64,000 nt of DNA from Marsupella aquatica (lineage: Eukaryota; Plantae; Marchantiophyta), in contig OZ316892.1 of the NCBI GenBank assembly GCA_973895155.1, positions 16,730,357 to 16,794,356 on the forward strand. The letters run 5' to 3'. A model generated the notes under the pieces. It saw only the letters and a program-made list of their open reading frames with translations. It made no database searches and was not told the DNA's origin. The translations under genes and the position numbers were made by a program. Of the stretch, positions 48,501 through 60,882 are shown one piece after another. Every line of letters starts with the position of its first letter. Positions within the stretch are counted from its first letter, which is position 1.

Positions 48501-50481
48501 AAGTGTTAAGGTAGTCGAGTTCCGCGACTGTTTTAGTATGGGAGGTGAGATGACTGTGTCTGTCCTTTCCCATCCTAATACCTACCAGCAGCTTATGCAA
48601 GCCTTGCAAAGCGACAAAGTTTTCCTCTTTGTGTTTTCAAATCACTCATATGCAATTCTCTTGCCTTAAATCCATTTGTTTCCAATAAGTGTTGTTGAAC
48701 TAAAGTAATGCACAAAGTTTTCCATCAAAGAACAGTAAGTTGAATGTTGGTCAAAGCACATGGCAGATAGTTAAGTTCAATTTTTTCAAGAACTTGCCAA
48801 GAATGGTTTTGATGAGTAAGCGTGTGAGTTTGTCCACTTGGGATTAGTTTTACCATATACCGCTTGGTGGTGCAGAATTTTTGGAATATTGTCCCGAATA
48901 TTGTATATCCCATCTCCTCACAGATTGGAAAGAAATTGGATACAAGAAATGATGTTGTGCCTAACTTATTGAGGCAAGCACCTTTGAGGACAATGACATG
49001 CATGTTTTTTGTTGAGATAATATCACGTAGCATGATGTTACTGAAAACCAAGGTACAATCAAGCAAGCAACAACAAAACAAGAGCACATAGATACGTGTT
49101 TCACATCATGACAAGAAAAATAATCTACTATCCACCACACTATATTTCTGCCATACTCTGACAAACCAACCTGCTCTAGGAAGTGATCCTGGTCTCTCCC
49201 TGCTCTCTCTCCCCTGGAGATTGATCTATAGTGTGAGTCCAGCGGGCAATAACGAGAGTGAGCTTGATTTTGTATATTATAAATTCTCATTGTTGATTTT
49301 GGTCTCTTATAGTTGCATCTAGTTTTTGGACTCTTCATCTGAGGTTCCAAACAATGCACTTGTTGCACCCACTACTTTTGTTCACTTTTACATTCAATTC
49401 TCTCTTTCTTGGCTTGCATGAGTTAGACCTTCACTCACGTGACTGACGAGGCTGTACTTGCTTCCATTGCTCTTTGAGTTAAATTCACTTTTGGGGCGTG
49501 TATTGTCTGAAAGGTAGTCGATGAACTTGGCTTCCTTGTAACCTCTTCTATCATTTTCATCACCTTTTGAATGGAGCATTTTGCTTGTCTTGGTCCATCC
49601 TATTGGATATTTGTTTCTTGGTCTTATTGTTGATACCTTGACTGTGACTTTGGAGCCATCTAGGGTGCTCCTAGGATTTTTGTGTGATGTAGTTGTCTAG
49701 GATGTTGTGGTTATTGATGGTTTCCCTGATCATGGGTAGGAGGCTAATGAGTCTCCTGGTCTCCTCATCTTGTTGAAGGTCGATCCCAAGGCAAGATGAG
49801 ACTACTTTTCTCCTCCCTGTTCATCACCTGGTTGTTTCTGTGAATTTCTATCTTGCAATCCCTCCATCGCTGGACGAGCTATTGATGTTATTGTCGTCCA
49901 CTTGAAGGGCAGTGTATGAAATTACTTTTTGAAATCAGACCGGGAGACATGAGCAGACAAATAAAATGGAATACACTAAATGAGCAGACAACCCAAGCCG
50001 ATCCCACTAAAGTAAGACTTGCAGGTAGATCCTTGGGGGTTTCACTTCCACAAAAATGACACATTACATGCGACAAAGGATAGAATCATTTTATTGGTTT
50101 CAAGGGAAGACTTAAGAATTTTTGCGAAAGACCAATAGGGTATTTTTAATTCAATTTTGGAATATTCCAAGAATAATTTTGTCTTACATTTTAGGGGGTC
50201 TGAGGCCTAAAAATGTCACAGGTGATGGGGAGACATCCATATAACTGTGAGACCCCCGAGGGTAGATTGAGAAGTAGATCAATTGTAGCAAATTAATGTA
50301 TCATGATATGTACTGAGAATAACAAACCTGATTTGTCATGTGTTTGGGATGGGGAACTATGTTGAGGATTTAGGCTTTAGTTCTGGTGGAGCTGCTCTGA
50401 AAAGGTTTTGAAACCCAATGGGACCAGACTAAGGTAAATGCTGAACATTGGCTCTTTGCCCTATCAAGACATCCATTTTAA

Positions 50482-51039
50482 GGGTGGCTTTACAAGACAT
50501 TGGGGGCAGTTCCACATTTTTTTGTCTCCAAGATCTGATCAGAGCCATACATTTGAGAGAAACTGCTGCTTTTCACTTTATAAAATGTTGGGGGGCACTT
50601 TCAACCAAACCTATTACCAATCCTACATGGAATGCAATGGGGCCCAACTTTTGCTTATGTTTGAGCACTCTTTTGTCCTAGATTTTAGACCACCTCTCTT
50701 GGTGGTCTCTTCTTCTGGCCCATTGGTCCATTTCTATTTTAAGTCATTTGCATAAAAAAGGGACCCACAAGTCCTTCATAAGAGATTCTCTTATCACATT
50801 TACAAAAACTTTAGCCAAAGATTAGGTGACATTCAGGTCGAGTGGGTCCTCAATCTATCTTTTAGTCAATTAATCTGGCACCAATGGCTGCACTTGGCTC
50901 TACAAGACCTTGGGGGCAATAAAAGGATTCAAAAAATGCTTTTAGCCCTGGGACACTATATTTAGTGTGTGCAATGGCCCTCTAGTTTGCTTTGGTGAAA
51001 AAAAACTTCCAAGTGCCCCGAGGTCTTGTAAAGTCCTCC
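50482..51039. mobile_element. TIR element (MITE) flanked by TTAA
   Basis: TIRs GGGTGGCTTTACAAGACATTGGGGGCA and TGCCCCGAGGTCTTGTAAAGTCCTCC; TTAA at 50478-50481 and 51040-51043. Confidence 0.72.
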
Positions 51040-51299
51040 TTAAGAATTCCCGCAAATGACATTTCATTTATTGTGGAATCATGCTTTTCTTCAACTTGTC
51101 CTATGTTAGACTGCCACTAAGTGGTTCAAGGTTTCCTTGGCTTGGCTATATTTACATACAGATTTTTCTCAGTTGTATCCTAGAAGCCCAGTCCCTCAGC
51201 TTAGTTCCAGAGTGGCCCATCTGGCCTCCTTCAGAAACTTTCACTCAACTCAATAAGAAAAGGAACACTTTACTAGATAGAGCAAAAAAAGGTACAACA

Positions 51300-51950
51300 G
51301 AGTGAAAAGAAAAGAGATCTAGAGAAGAAGCTGCACCAAATTCAAACCAAGAGGGGGAAAGCAAACTCCAAAAACCTAAGGAGGGAAAACAAGAGATATG
51401 GATCGGCCCCCTACATAATGTCATGAGCTAAAAGAGTCCATATTTAGTGTGGTAACTGAGTTTGCAAGTGGGACATGGATGTAGTCCAAGCGGTTGAGCC
51501 TGTGGTGATTTCTTCTCTGCCCCAGACAGCTTCTCACAATTAGTTTTCATTTCCAAGTAATCCAAACAAATAAAATAATCAACCAGTACTAACAATGCCT
51601 CCTCATAAAAAGCCTTCCCACTCTCTTCTCTTTGACTGGGCACCATATCTTCTAGGGATGCAAATTGGCCTATCATAGTAGAAGCTATGTTTGGCACGAC
51701 TGCGTCACTTTCAGGACATCATGCAATCCACATATTGTGGGTGCACATTTAACAACACAAAAGCAGGAGAAGAATATTTAGAAAGCATAAAGCCGGGATG
51801 GACCTAGGGGCTTGGAATGAAGCCCAGATGTATTTCCAAAGTTTGGATGGACTGGCACAAAATGTCCATGTCTACTCCAACAGTATCTTTTATGGTGTTG
51901 ACTGAAATCTGAACTGTAAACAGCTCCTTACCATTTCCAGCTGGTTAGTT
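51300..51950 (-). mobile_element. Decayed L1 ORF2 C-terminal fragment
   Basis: KLWKYIWASFQAPR (zf-RVT-like) and VWITWK* (cf. LW.IWK.RN). Confidence 0.5.
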
Positions 51951-53322
51951 CACCTAAGGGCAGTTGATTATTAATATTTGATTATTTCTGCACTGTCGGA
52001 AATGGAACAAATGGTCTCTGAAAACTCTCAAACTTTGAGATCAAACAAGATCCTTAAGTTGTCCGAATAAATGCTCAAGTTTGCCCAAAATTTCCAGTCT
52101 AGAGTTGATAGAGGTGCCTTCTAAAACAGTGACATATCTATTTTCTGATAGCACCTCGACTGTTTTTGAAATAGACAGATATATGACTGTTTTTCCCAGC
52201 GCAAGTTGAGTGATTTCTATGGGGAGGGCAAAACAAACCATGAGACAAACCACCTTAATATTCAGCATCAAGGCGTTGCGTTCTTTTCTTGGGATTAAAA
52301 AAATTAATATTTCACAACAAGTCCTTCGCAAACAGGATGGCAAACGGTTCGGTCTCATAGGCCACGTGACAGGCCCTTATTAGGGTAAAATGATCCCTTT
52401 AAAACGCGCCACTCGACTTCCCGGGCAGCCAACGAAAGGGAGGAGGTATTCCCGCATGCGCAAAAACTTATTAATGCGTGTTGCGCCTGCCCATCGGTAG
52501 ACTAGAATGGAACTACTAGCGTACTTTCATACTAGACTAGTACAGTACCTCTCCCTGTGCAATCTGCACTACAGTACTGTGGTACTACGGTGATGTAGTA
52601 CCAGGTACGAGTAGCACTCGTAGCTAACATAATCGGAGGTACATTTTGAATGATGGCGGTTGCTCTGATAACTCAAGAGCTCTCACCCTACACCAAAATG
52701 GTACAGTATATTATTTGGTTCCTGTGGAATGCATGACCAGTACACTATATCTGTAGACGTACATTCATTCATACCTTTGAGAGTTTGAGTAAGTGATGAT
52801 AGGAATGTACAGTACTGCCATCTCGGTTTGCGCAATAGAAAAGTAACAAAAGAATACTTATTGCAAATTTGGGCCGATGTTCTGGGATCATTGTAAAACC
52901 TAAAATAATGCTGTCATGAACAGCCAACAGTAGACTAAGTATTTTGAGGTAAACACCGACTTTTCAGGGCATGAATTGCTTCTAAGATAAAAAATGAAAA
53001 TGAGAGAGTTCCATTCTTGCCTTGAGATATTTACTACAATGAAAAACATTTAATGTTTTGCCCAAAAACGGAGATGATAGTAGGGTAGTACCGAGTTTTG
53101 ACCATGGGATCTTGGGGGATGGAGAGAGCAATAACACCTCCCAGTTGCCCGGTACCAAAATGCTACCCTTGTGTTGATATGGAGGTACCAAAGTGGTTCC
53201 CTTGTGAGAGAGTCTGCCTCCTACCCTGCCACTGATGGGCTGTTTCGAATTAGTAGTAGTGAGGTACCAGAATGGGACCCTTGTGTCTCTTGTGCCAGAA
53301 AATAAGATCCCCTAAATGAGTT

Positions 53323-53392
53323 ACAACACCCTTCACACCTATCAGTGTTTAGCATCTTATTAGAGTGGGTGTGAAATTAGTGTACAATACTT
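53323..53392. repeat. Short dispersed repeat family (related copies at ~36860-36910 inverted and ~62404-62455)
   Basis: Shared GGGTGTGAAATTAGTGT and ACACCCTTCAC motifs. Confidence 0.65.
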
Positions 53393-53914
53393 CATTCATG
53401 TAGGGGAATCTAATTAGTGTGAACAGGAAATTATTGTACTTTTAATTCAATTATATGCTAGGCCATGGATTTCCTACAAACTTGGAGCATCAACCTTCTT
53501 TCCATTGGGTGAGAAACTTTTGTTTGAAATGCATATAGAGACCCAAAGTAGACTATCCTTGGTTCCTTCCATTTTTAGACAATTTTGAGATGTGGATGTG
53601 GATTTGGTCAATTATTGAATGTTGCGGCAAGGGCAAATAGCCAAAGTAGAGGACTTCTTGCATACTTATAACAAAACACAAAGATAAATGTCAGAGCATT
53701 GCGAAAGCTAAGCATTGTAAAAATGATACCATAAAAATGCAAACTTGAAGATGAATAATCTTCACTTAAGTTATGTTGCAGTTCAAGTAAAGGTTGACAC
53801 TATTTGCAGTTCCCCCCCCCAACCGTATATCTTTAACACGACATTGCAAAAAGTGTTAATCACTTTGTAAGTTTGATTTTCCTTCCAGATTAAGGATTAA
53901 AGGACTTTTCTTAA

Positions 53915-54563
53915 GGCATCTCCAACCCAACTTATTTTTGTTAGTGTAACTAGGTGTTGACCAAACCCAATAAAGAAAATCTAAAAGTCAGGTCCAACCC
54001 ACTCACTGGAATGCTATCTGGATTTCAGGAACAAGTTCTTTTTATTACTGGATCTGTATATTGGAAAGATTATATAGTAGTTGACTCTTTACTGGATTTG
54101 TTGCTGGGTTTTCAGGATCTCAATCTACAACTATCAGATGTTGATACATGTTGTTTAGTTAGATACGGGGTTGAAGCTCTGGGGCAGGGTAAACACTTTC
54201 GACATAGGGGCACTTTATATATAGTAAGTCCTGGGAGATTTATGTGTCTATTCACTTTGATGAAAGGAATCTTCACCATGGATTCAAAGCGTCCTAACTG
54301 ATCTCCAGTCCACAAATTGTGCACCTATATCTTCAAACATATTTCGATGTGTCTTTTCCGTCGTTAATGAAAATGGAGGTCTGAATAGCGGGCTGGATTG
54401 ATGACCACCTTTCTCACTAAAACTGGCAGTGGGCAGTTTGAATTTGGAAGTTGACCCCTCAATACATATCAACAATTTAGGTGATCTATATCAAAAATTT
54501 GTCAATAATGCATCTGGTCCTTTGCGGAGTAGTGGGTGGAAAGGAGCACTAGTGGAGATGCTC
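53915..54563. mobile_element. Tourist-type MITE-like element
   Basis: Ends GGCATCTCCA and TGGAGATGCTC with TAA on both sides (53912-53914, 54564-54566). The TIR is short, so the two ends may not belong together. Confidence 0.5.
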
Positions 54564-57500
54564 TAATTCCCAATCCCATCCTGCCCTAGACCACTTAAGC
54601 TCCACTCAGATGAATTTTTTGTTACCTTTTACTTGCTCATAAAGTTTGGATTAAGAATATATTTGAGCAGTTATAAGCTTAGCTGGGATCTCCTTTCTCT
54701 AACATAGGATTCTGAAAGTTGCATGGGATTTCTGCCCAGGATTCCTGAAAACTTGCATTTAATACAAACATGACATAAAAGGATGGAAGCATGTTAGAGT
54801 AGTCTATCCTCTGTTGTGTGCGTTTGTTTTCTGAGTTGTCTTGCGGTCATATGTCTTGTTTGCAGGAGCTTTTGTGTTGACTTGTTAGGAAGCATAGAAG
54901 CCACAAGCAAGAAGTAGAGGTGGGGTGGCTAGTGATCCATCTCAGACTCTGGCATAGTGCTGGATTTTCAGGCTGTCCATTGGTTAGTTCCTCCTGCCTC
55001 TGGTCTTTCTTGCTGGCGCTATCACCACCGAGGGCCCGTCTGGTTGTTATCGTTCCCTTATCTCGTCCCTTATAAATATTCTTGATAGTCTTCACTCACC
55101 CGAGCCAATCAGGCTGTGTTTTTTCTCCCCCTCTTAAGAGACACTACCACTGTTTCCCTCTGCCGCTGAACCACCCAGATACACCAAAATGAAACTCCTC
55201 TTGCTGGAGTCACAATGACACAAACAGAAAACTTTCTGCGATGGTCATCTTTGTGGCTTCTATGAGTCTATTTTCAGTCTCTCTGTGTCTTTCGTGCCAT
55301 GTGCAAACACCCCTGTCTCACAACCACATCATCCCCAGCCTGCACTACCTCTAGGGCTGGACTCGGATGCCTCTCCCATCCTCAACTTGCCACTGCAATG
55401 ACCATTGTGATGATCTAGACAAGATCACGCTGGTTTGTGTTGTGGTGCAAACAATTTATTTGCATTTGCAGCTGAGTGTAAAGAGCCAATCCACCAAAGG
55501 AACACTCCCAGGTCAGCCTTGTAGGATTAAAGTAAGAATGGGAGCCAATTTTGTAAATACAGTTAAATAGCTCTAGGTAGAAATTCAATTTTGATTCATT
55601 TGGGGAGTAGACTAGTAAATGGAAGCCAAACCTCACATGGATCAGTATGTTTGATAATATGCTTGGATCGACCATTGCAACCCACACAGATCACTTTAAC
55701 ATGCTAATTTATGGAGGACTTTCCTTTTGCACAGTTAGTAATCATTTTGGGTGTTTAAAACTGTTTTGTCCATCAAAATCCCAAGTTCAAACATTGCAGA
55801 AAATAAACAATATTTGTAGGTATGTAGTGTACACATACGTCACGCCTTTAGGCCTGATTGAGTCTGGCGCTCATTAGTTCTCATAGGATTCTGGGAATTG
55901 TTGGGCCAAATTGGTAATATTTTGGGTTTTAATTCTCACCATAAGATTGGATGCGATCTCCATCCAAGCCTTTGAGCTTGGGTAGGATTCCAAAATGCTT
56001 TCTTGTATGAGACAGGGGCAGGTCTTCTCTAAGTGCATGCCATTCTGCTTAAATACCTGTTTTCATAGATGTCACGTAAGATTACAAATTCTATATGCTT
56101 CAAATGTTAGGATGTTAGGGTTGTTCAAAATGTGGCCAGATGAAGGTAAATTGATTGTCATTTCTAAGGCACAGATCCATAGTGAGTTGAAGTACTCAGG
56201 ATTCAAATAGGGGCTGGGATTACCATAAGAGCTTTGAGATGTGCTGTGCTTTTCACCAACAGTTCTGCTGGAGCACAATGAGACAATGAGAATGAGACGA
56301 ATTTGAGAAACACAGATAATCTCTCACACCATGAACTCAACCAGGAGTTTAGTGAGTCAATACTTGTGAGTGCAATTCAGGGTTACTCATCTATTAACAA
56401 CACTGATCATCCTTCATTTTTTGAACCCCTCCTTGTAAAATTTTAATAAACCTATCCGAATACTGTTGTTTTCTTTGAAAGCTAGTTTTGTGCAACTTTG
56501 AACCAAAACTCTCTAGATTTGGAAGTGTACTAGCGGAATTTGTGCAACCTGAGGCATATGTGTTTGAACCCAGTTATCACTGTACAGATTTGAGCCTTGC
56601 ATCCTAATTTGTGACTGGGACTTTAGTTGATTAACCAAGGTCAAATTTAGAAAAGGAATCAAAACCACTAGAAACTTTGCAATCAAATCAATTTGTCAAG
56701 CGAGCTGTTTTTTTCGTGACGCTTTTGACACCAAGGTGCATGTGTCGTAAGAGTTAAGGTATATTATGGATATGTTCAAAGGATTGTATCCTTCTCTTCC
56801 GAGCTTAGAGCTGAAAGATATCCCATCCACCAAAGAAACATGAAAAAATATATATTTGCTCAGCAAAGTGAGACCGTCCTGTCGAATATATGATACAGGG
56901 GCAGTAGTGGGCTGGAAGGTCATGCTCTGCGTGCAGAAAACTGCGATACTGCCGGAATCATTCATTATTGTTTTGGGGGGCGTCTGCCAGAGCATTCTAG
57001 TAGTACGACGGCCGTACCCTGGTACTAACGTCCGAAGGGGGCAAGGAAGGAAAGACCCGTTCTTTCTTCTATGTCTGACCGTTTTCCAAGTTTATTTAAT
57101 TTGTGTCCAAAGAATTGGTGGTGCGTATCTTGGTGTGTCTGCGCAGTGTGTCTTGTAGCGAAGTACGCGTCGTGCTCAGATTAGCCCTATCCGTGTGAAA
57201 ATCCTGTCACGGCGTCATTGGCCACTCGGTGCGGGGCCCACCCATCTTGTACCGTCGTTCGTTAGTTCGTAGACTGCCCTTGTCTGTGGTACTCTATCTC
57301 CGGTTTTGTTTGGCCCGCGGGCAGGACTCGTTTGCCCGCCTGCCCGGGACTGGCCGGGGAGAGCAGAAGTGTGCTAGTCCCCTTCCTCCCAGTCACTGTC
57401 ACCTTGGCTGCGGTGCTACGCGACAAATGGAAGTACGGCGATGTAGAGTGGTCCGTCTGCCCGGCCGCGTCCTCCCGTCCGTTCGTCCGCGCGGCCGTCC

Positions 57501-58838
57501 TTCCTTCCACCCGTCGTCGCTTTTGTTTCAGTTGGGCGACTGCGGCACGGACTGACTCCAGTACTGTACTGTACACTGCTAGTGTAGACGTGGCCGGCTT
57601 TTTCCCGTCGTGACCCGTATATTATTATTGTTTGTTTGTTTGTTTTCTTCCGCCTACGCGGTCTGTGGGTGGCGGTGCTCTTTTTATCGTTCTGGGGCGG
57701 CGGTGATCTTGACGTGTATTTAAAAAGGTTGAAACCGTCCTTTAAACGCCACCGGACTCCCTGTCCCTGGCTCAGTAAATGGGTGATTGGCGAGGTGGCT
57801 GGCGAGTGTACCAAAGTGGTAATTTGGTTTGCTATTCTCATCGTGAAAACTTATTTTTACTTGCTTCCATACTTAACCCAAAATTTATATCAGCCTATTT
57901 TCCTGGTATTTCTATTGTACTTAGCCTAAACATTGGCCAATTTCAATAGAAAACATTGTTTTGGGGGGCATTTTACCTTTTTAAATTTTTGAGGTTGGAG
58001 TGCAATAAAAGATACTCTACAACTCATTGAATCCACGTAGGCATCTTATGGGCCATCTGTATTTATTTTGTCTCCAGTAACCATAAGATGAAACCTCAGA
58101 TGGCACACACTCAAACAACAGGCTAGCAACACAGGAGTGAACACTCTGAAAACTATGAATAGTGTTACTGTGAAACCAAACAACTTATTGAACCTATGTG
58201 TTTGTACAGCATTTTCTTTCAAATGAATTCCTTCTAAACTGAAAATCCAAACAGTGTGAAAAAGGAGATGCAACGTCTTGGGCTGGAGTGGCTTGGATCT
58301 AACTTTAGTTGGAGATCAGCTGGAAGTGTCCGACTTCACTTACACTTGGATGTATAGCTCAGTAGCAACTATACCTCTATCCAACTATCTTGTATTTTGG
58401 TATAGTTGCTACTGAGATGTTGTTCCGTCAAAACCAGAAAAAGGAGATGCAGCCTCTTATACCACTTCTAGCAAGAAAGGTAGCATCCAAACCAACCCGC
58501 TATTCAAGCCTCCCTTCCCAACAACTGCAGAAAAGCCACATCCAGATCCATTTGGAAGTAGTTTGAGTACAAATGTACTATTCGAGGAATGGAGGCCAGT
58601 TTGTGGGCTTTTTTGTGGGGTTGTGGACTGTGTATAGCAACGCCGCCCCCAATGCCGTCTCAACCCCTAGTTCTATAGTTTGGGGAGCATCGGCCACCAA
58701 ATCAGTGGCCATGCTCTACTAGGGGAATGAACCAGCATTTTTGAGTTGCAAAAATTTGTCAAATTCAACCTTTCTCAAAAGTGTTAGCCACTTCTGGAAA
58801 AAATTGTGAGGTTTTGTGTACAATTGGCCAGTTTCCCC

Positions 58839-58951
58839 TTGTCTAAGGCTAGACCCCATGAGACAAAACCAGTGTCATTGTCTAAGGCTAGACCCCATGA
58901 GACAAAACCAGTGTCATTGTCTACGGCTAGACCCCATTAGACAAAACCAGT
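58839..58951. repeat. 39-bp tandem repeat, ~2.9 copies
   Basis: TTGTCTAAGGCTAGACCCCATGAGACAAAACCAGTGTCA, head-to-tail with no spacers. Confidence 0.95.
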
Positions 58952-60882
58952 TCCCACCTAGCCAGAATCTAACTGCTATCTTTAAATCCATATTCATAAA
59001 TTGATAGAGGAATATTAGAAAGGAATTTTCTTAGAATTTTTCTTCATAGAATGTGACATTTGCCACCTTGGCAAGAAAAGAAAAACACTAAATATTACCC
59101 CAAAAAGAAGGCTAGGTGATAATTTGCACATAAAAAAGTAGCATTATATGGTGTACGATGCTATGTGACAAATGCACACAGATTGAGTGTATTTTTCATA
59201 CAACAATAAACCATTTTTTTTTCTATAATTTAGTGTTGTATTTCTACATATCCGATTGTGCTTTTTGGAAATGGAAATACACCTGGAAAGAACACTAGAC
59301 CAACAATCCTCTTTGAAAAGCTAATAAAAGCGGACAGACACCCTATACATCGTACTGTAGATAGAGATGAAATACTTATGGTTACTGGAGACAAAATAAA
59401 AATTCAACAAACCGAAAGGGTAGGTAAGATGATGAGATTCTGTATCTCAACAACATAATATCTACGCGCTCAACCTCCTGTGCCTCGCCTGGCCTCGCCT
59501 TGGAGTTCCCTCCCTAGATACTCAGAATCCAGGGTAGTCCAGGAAGGCTCACTACTGCAGGAGTAGGGTACACCCACCTTCGTCCTTTGTGTTTATATTT
59601 TGGCGGGCAGGGGCAGGGCACGGCAGCATCCACGACGCTTCTATTATATGGGCAGGCCGTTGTCACGCCAGAGGCGGGGCAGGGCAAGCCGAATGAGGTG
59701 ACCCAAGTGGAGATCACATCACTTTTCAACCATTCGCGACTGTAGCTGCTGCTGCTGCCAGGGCAGGGCAGGGTAAGCGGACGGGAAGCCATGCAGTCAG
59801 AGCGGAAATGATGATTACTAAATAGTATTAAAGACTTTTTATGTGGGAGTTCAAGTTCTGGTGAATCTGGTGGGTCTACTACATCTTTGCCTCCCTGACC
59901 GCCTCCCTGGCTACACTGCATAGAGCACAAATCGAGCTCTGCTACGCTTTTCCTGGAGTACACACTGCTGTGACACGCCTATGACTGCAGATAATGCCAG
60001 TGATGTACTTTGAAATGATTAAACAAGGCTCCTGAATTATGACTGGATTTGAACAAGAACCAACAAAAATACTCGCTTGATCTTTCGATGGAGATCCTGC
60101 AAGCACTTGCCTTGTTGCTCCTCCTTAATTCCTGGCACTCACTCACTGCCAAGGAAACCCTCAAAGCCTCTCTTGAGCTCCCCCTGCCGTGCATTCCTCG
60201 TTCTTGGAGGAACTCAAAAGACCTTTCTCTTGGATCACTTTTATTGATGCTCAGCAGGGTCAGGCCTGTCACTGCCGTCCTTGGACTCAGTCCTCTGGCA
60301 CAGCCCAGTGCGAAAATATTCTCCACTGTAAATGCAATGAATTATCCAGATAAATCAATAAACAATGTAAAGCATTACTTTCCACTGAATATGTAAATAA
60401 ATATCTTACACCTGAGATGTAAAACTGTGAACACGAACCTACTGCATCATGGTTATATTTACTGTAGCTGGGAGCCCTGAGTAAGAAGGACAGGGGAGCA
60501 CCATCTTCGTTCGTTCGTAGGTAAATACATACCGTCTTCAAAACGTTTGTTTATTTGCTGATATTCAGTGGGAAATACAACTAAGAATCACAAGAGAGAC
60601 TCTTTGAATGCACTCCGTCATCATTTCTCATGTGAGTGACACACTTATCCTTGTGTGCTCAAAACTCAGAAACCAATGTGATCTTCGAAGAATAAAGAAG
60701 ATAAACGCCAAGTTGATTCAACGATGTGCCAAACAATATACAACGGGCTAAAAGCAAAAAAATCTAAAGTGAATAAACACCAAACTCAAAAGAAGTGTGC
60801 AACTTTAGGGAAACACCAAAAACCTAGCAAGAGAAAGAAAAAAATTATGAGGAAATATATACCACTTTCATAGTGTGATGAG

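Noticed and set aside
48700-49900. Minus-strand ORF fragments as a host gene
   Set aside because: They are interrupted and CpG-poor with no identifiable motifs; probably TE debris, but too weak to classify.
58722-58731. GGGGAATGAA match to the miR166 complement, suggesting a linked MIR166 gene
   Set aside because: Only 10 nt match; the rest of the mature sequence is absent.
58839-58951. 39-bp repeats as a CRISPR array
   Set aside because: The units are head-to-tail with no unique spacers, there are no cas genes, and the context is eukaryotic.
60225-60353. Cys-rich frame as an EPF/EPFL or defensin peptide
   Set aside because: It has only five Cys with the wrong spacing and no in-frame start or signal peptide; it is kept only as a weak note in the findings.
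60379-60575. Apparent minus-strand splice sites suggesting a spliced gene
   Set aside because: They lie in or beside a degenerate inverted repeat (TTTCCACTGAATAT / ATATTCAGTGGGAAA) that looks like a MITE remnant, and no consistent coding frame results.
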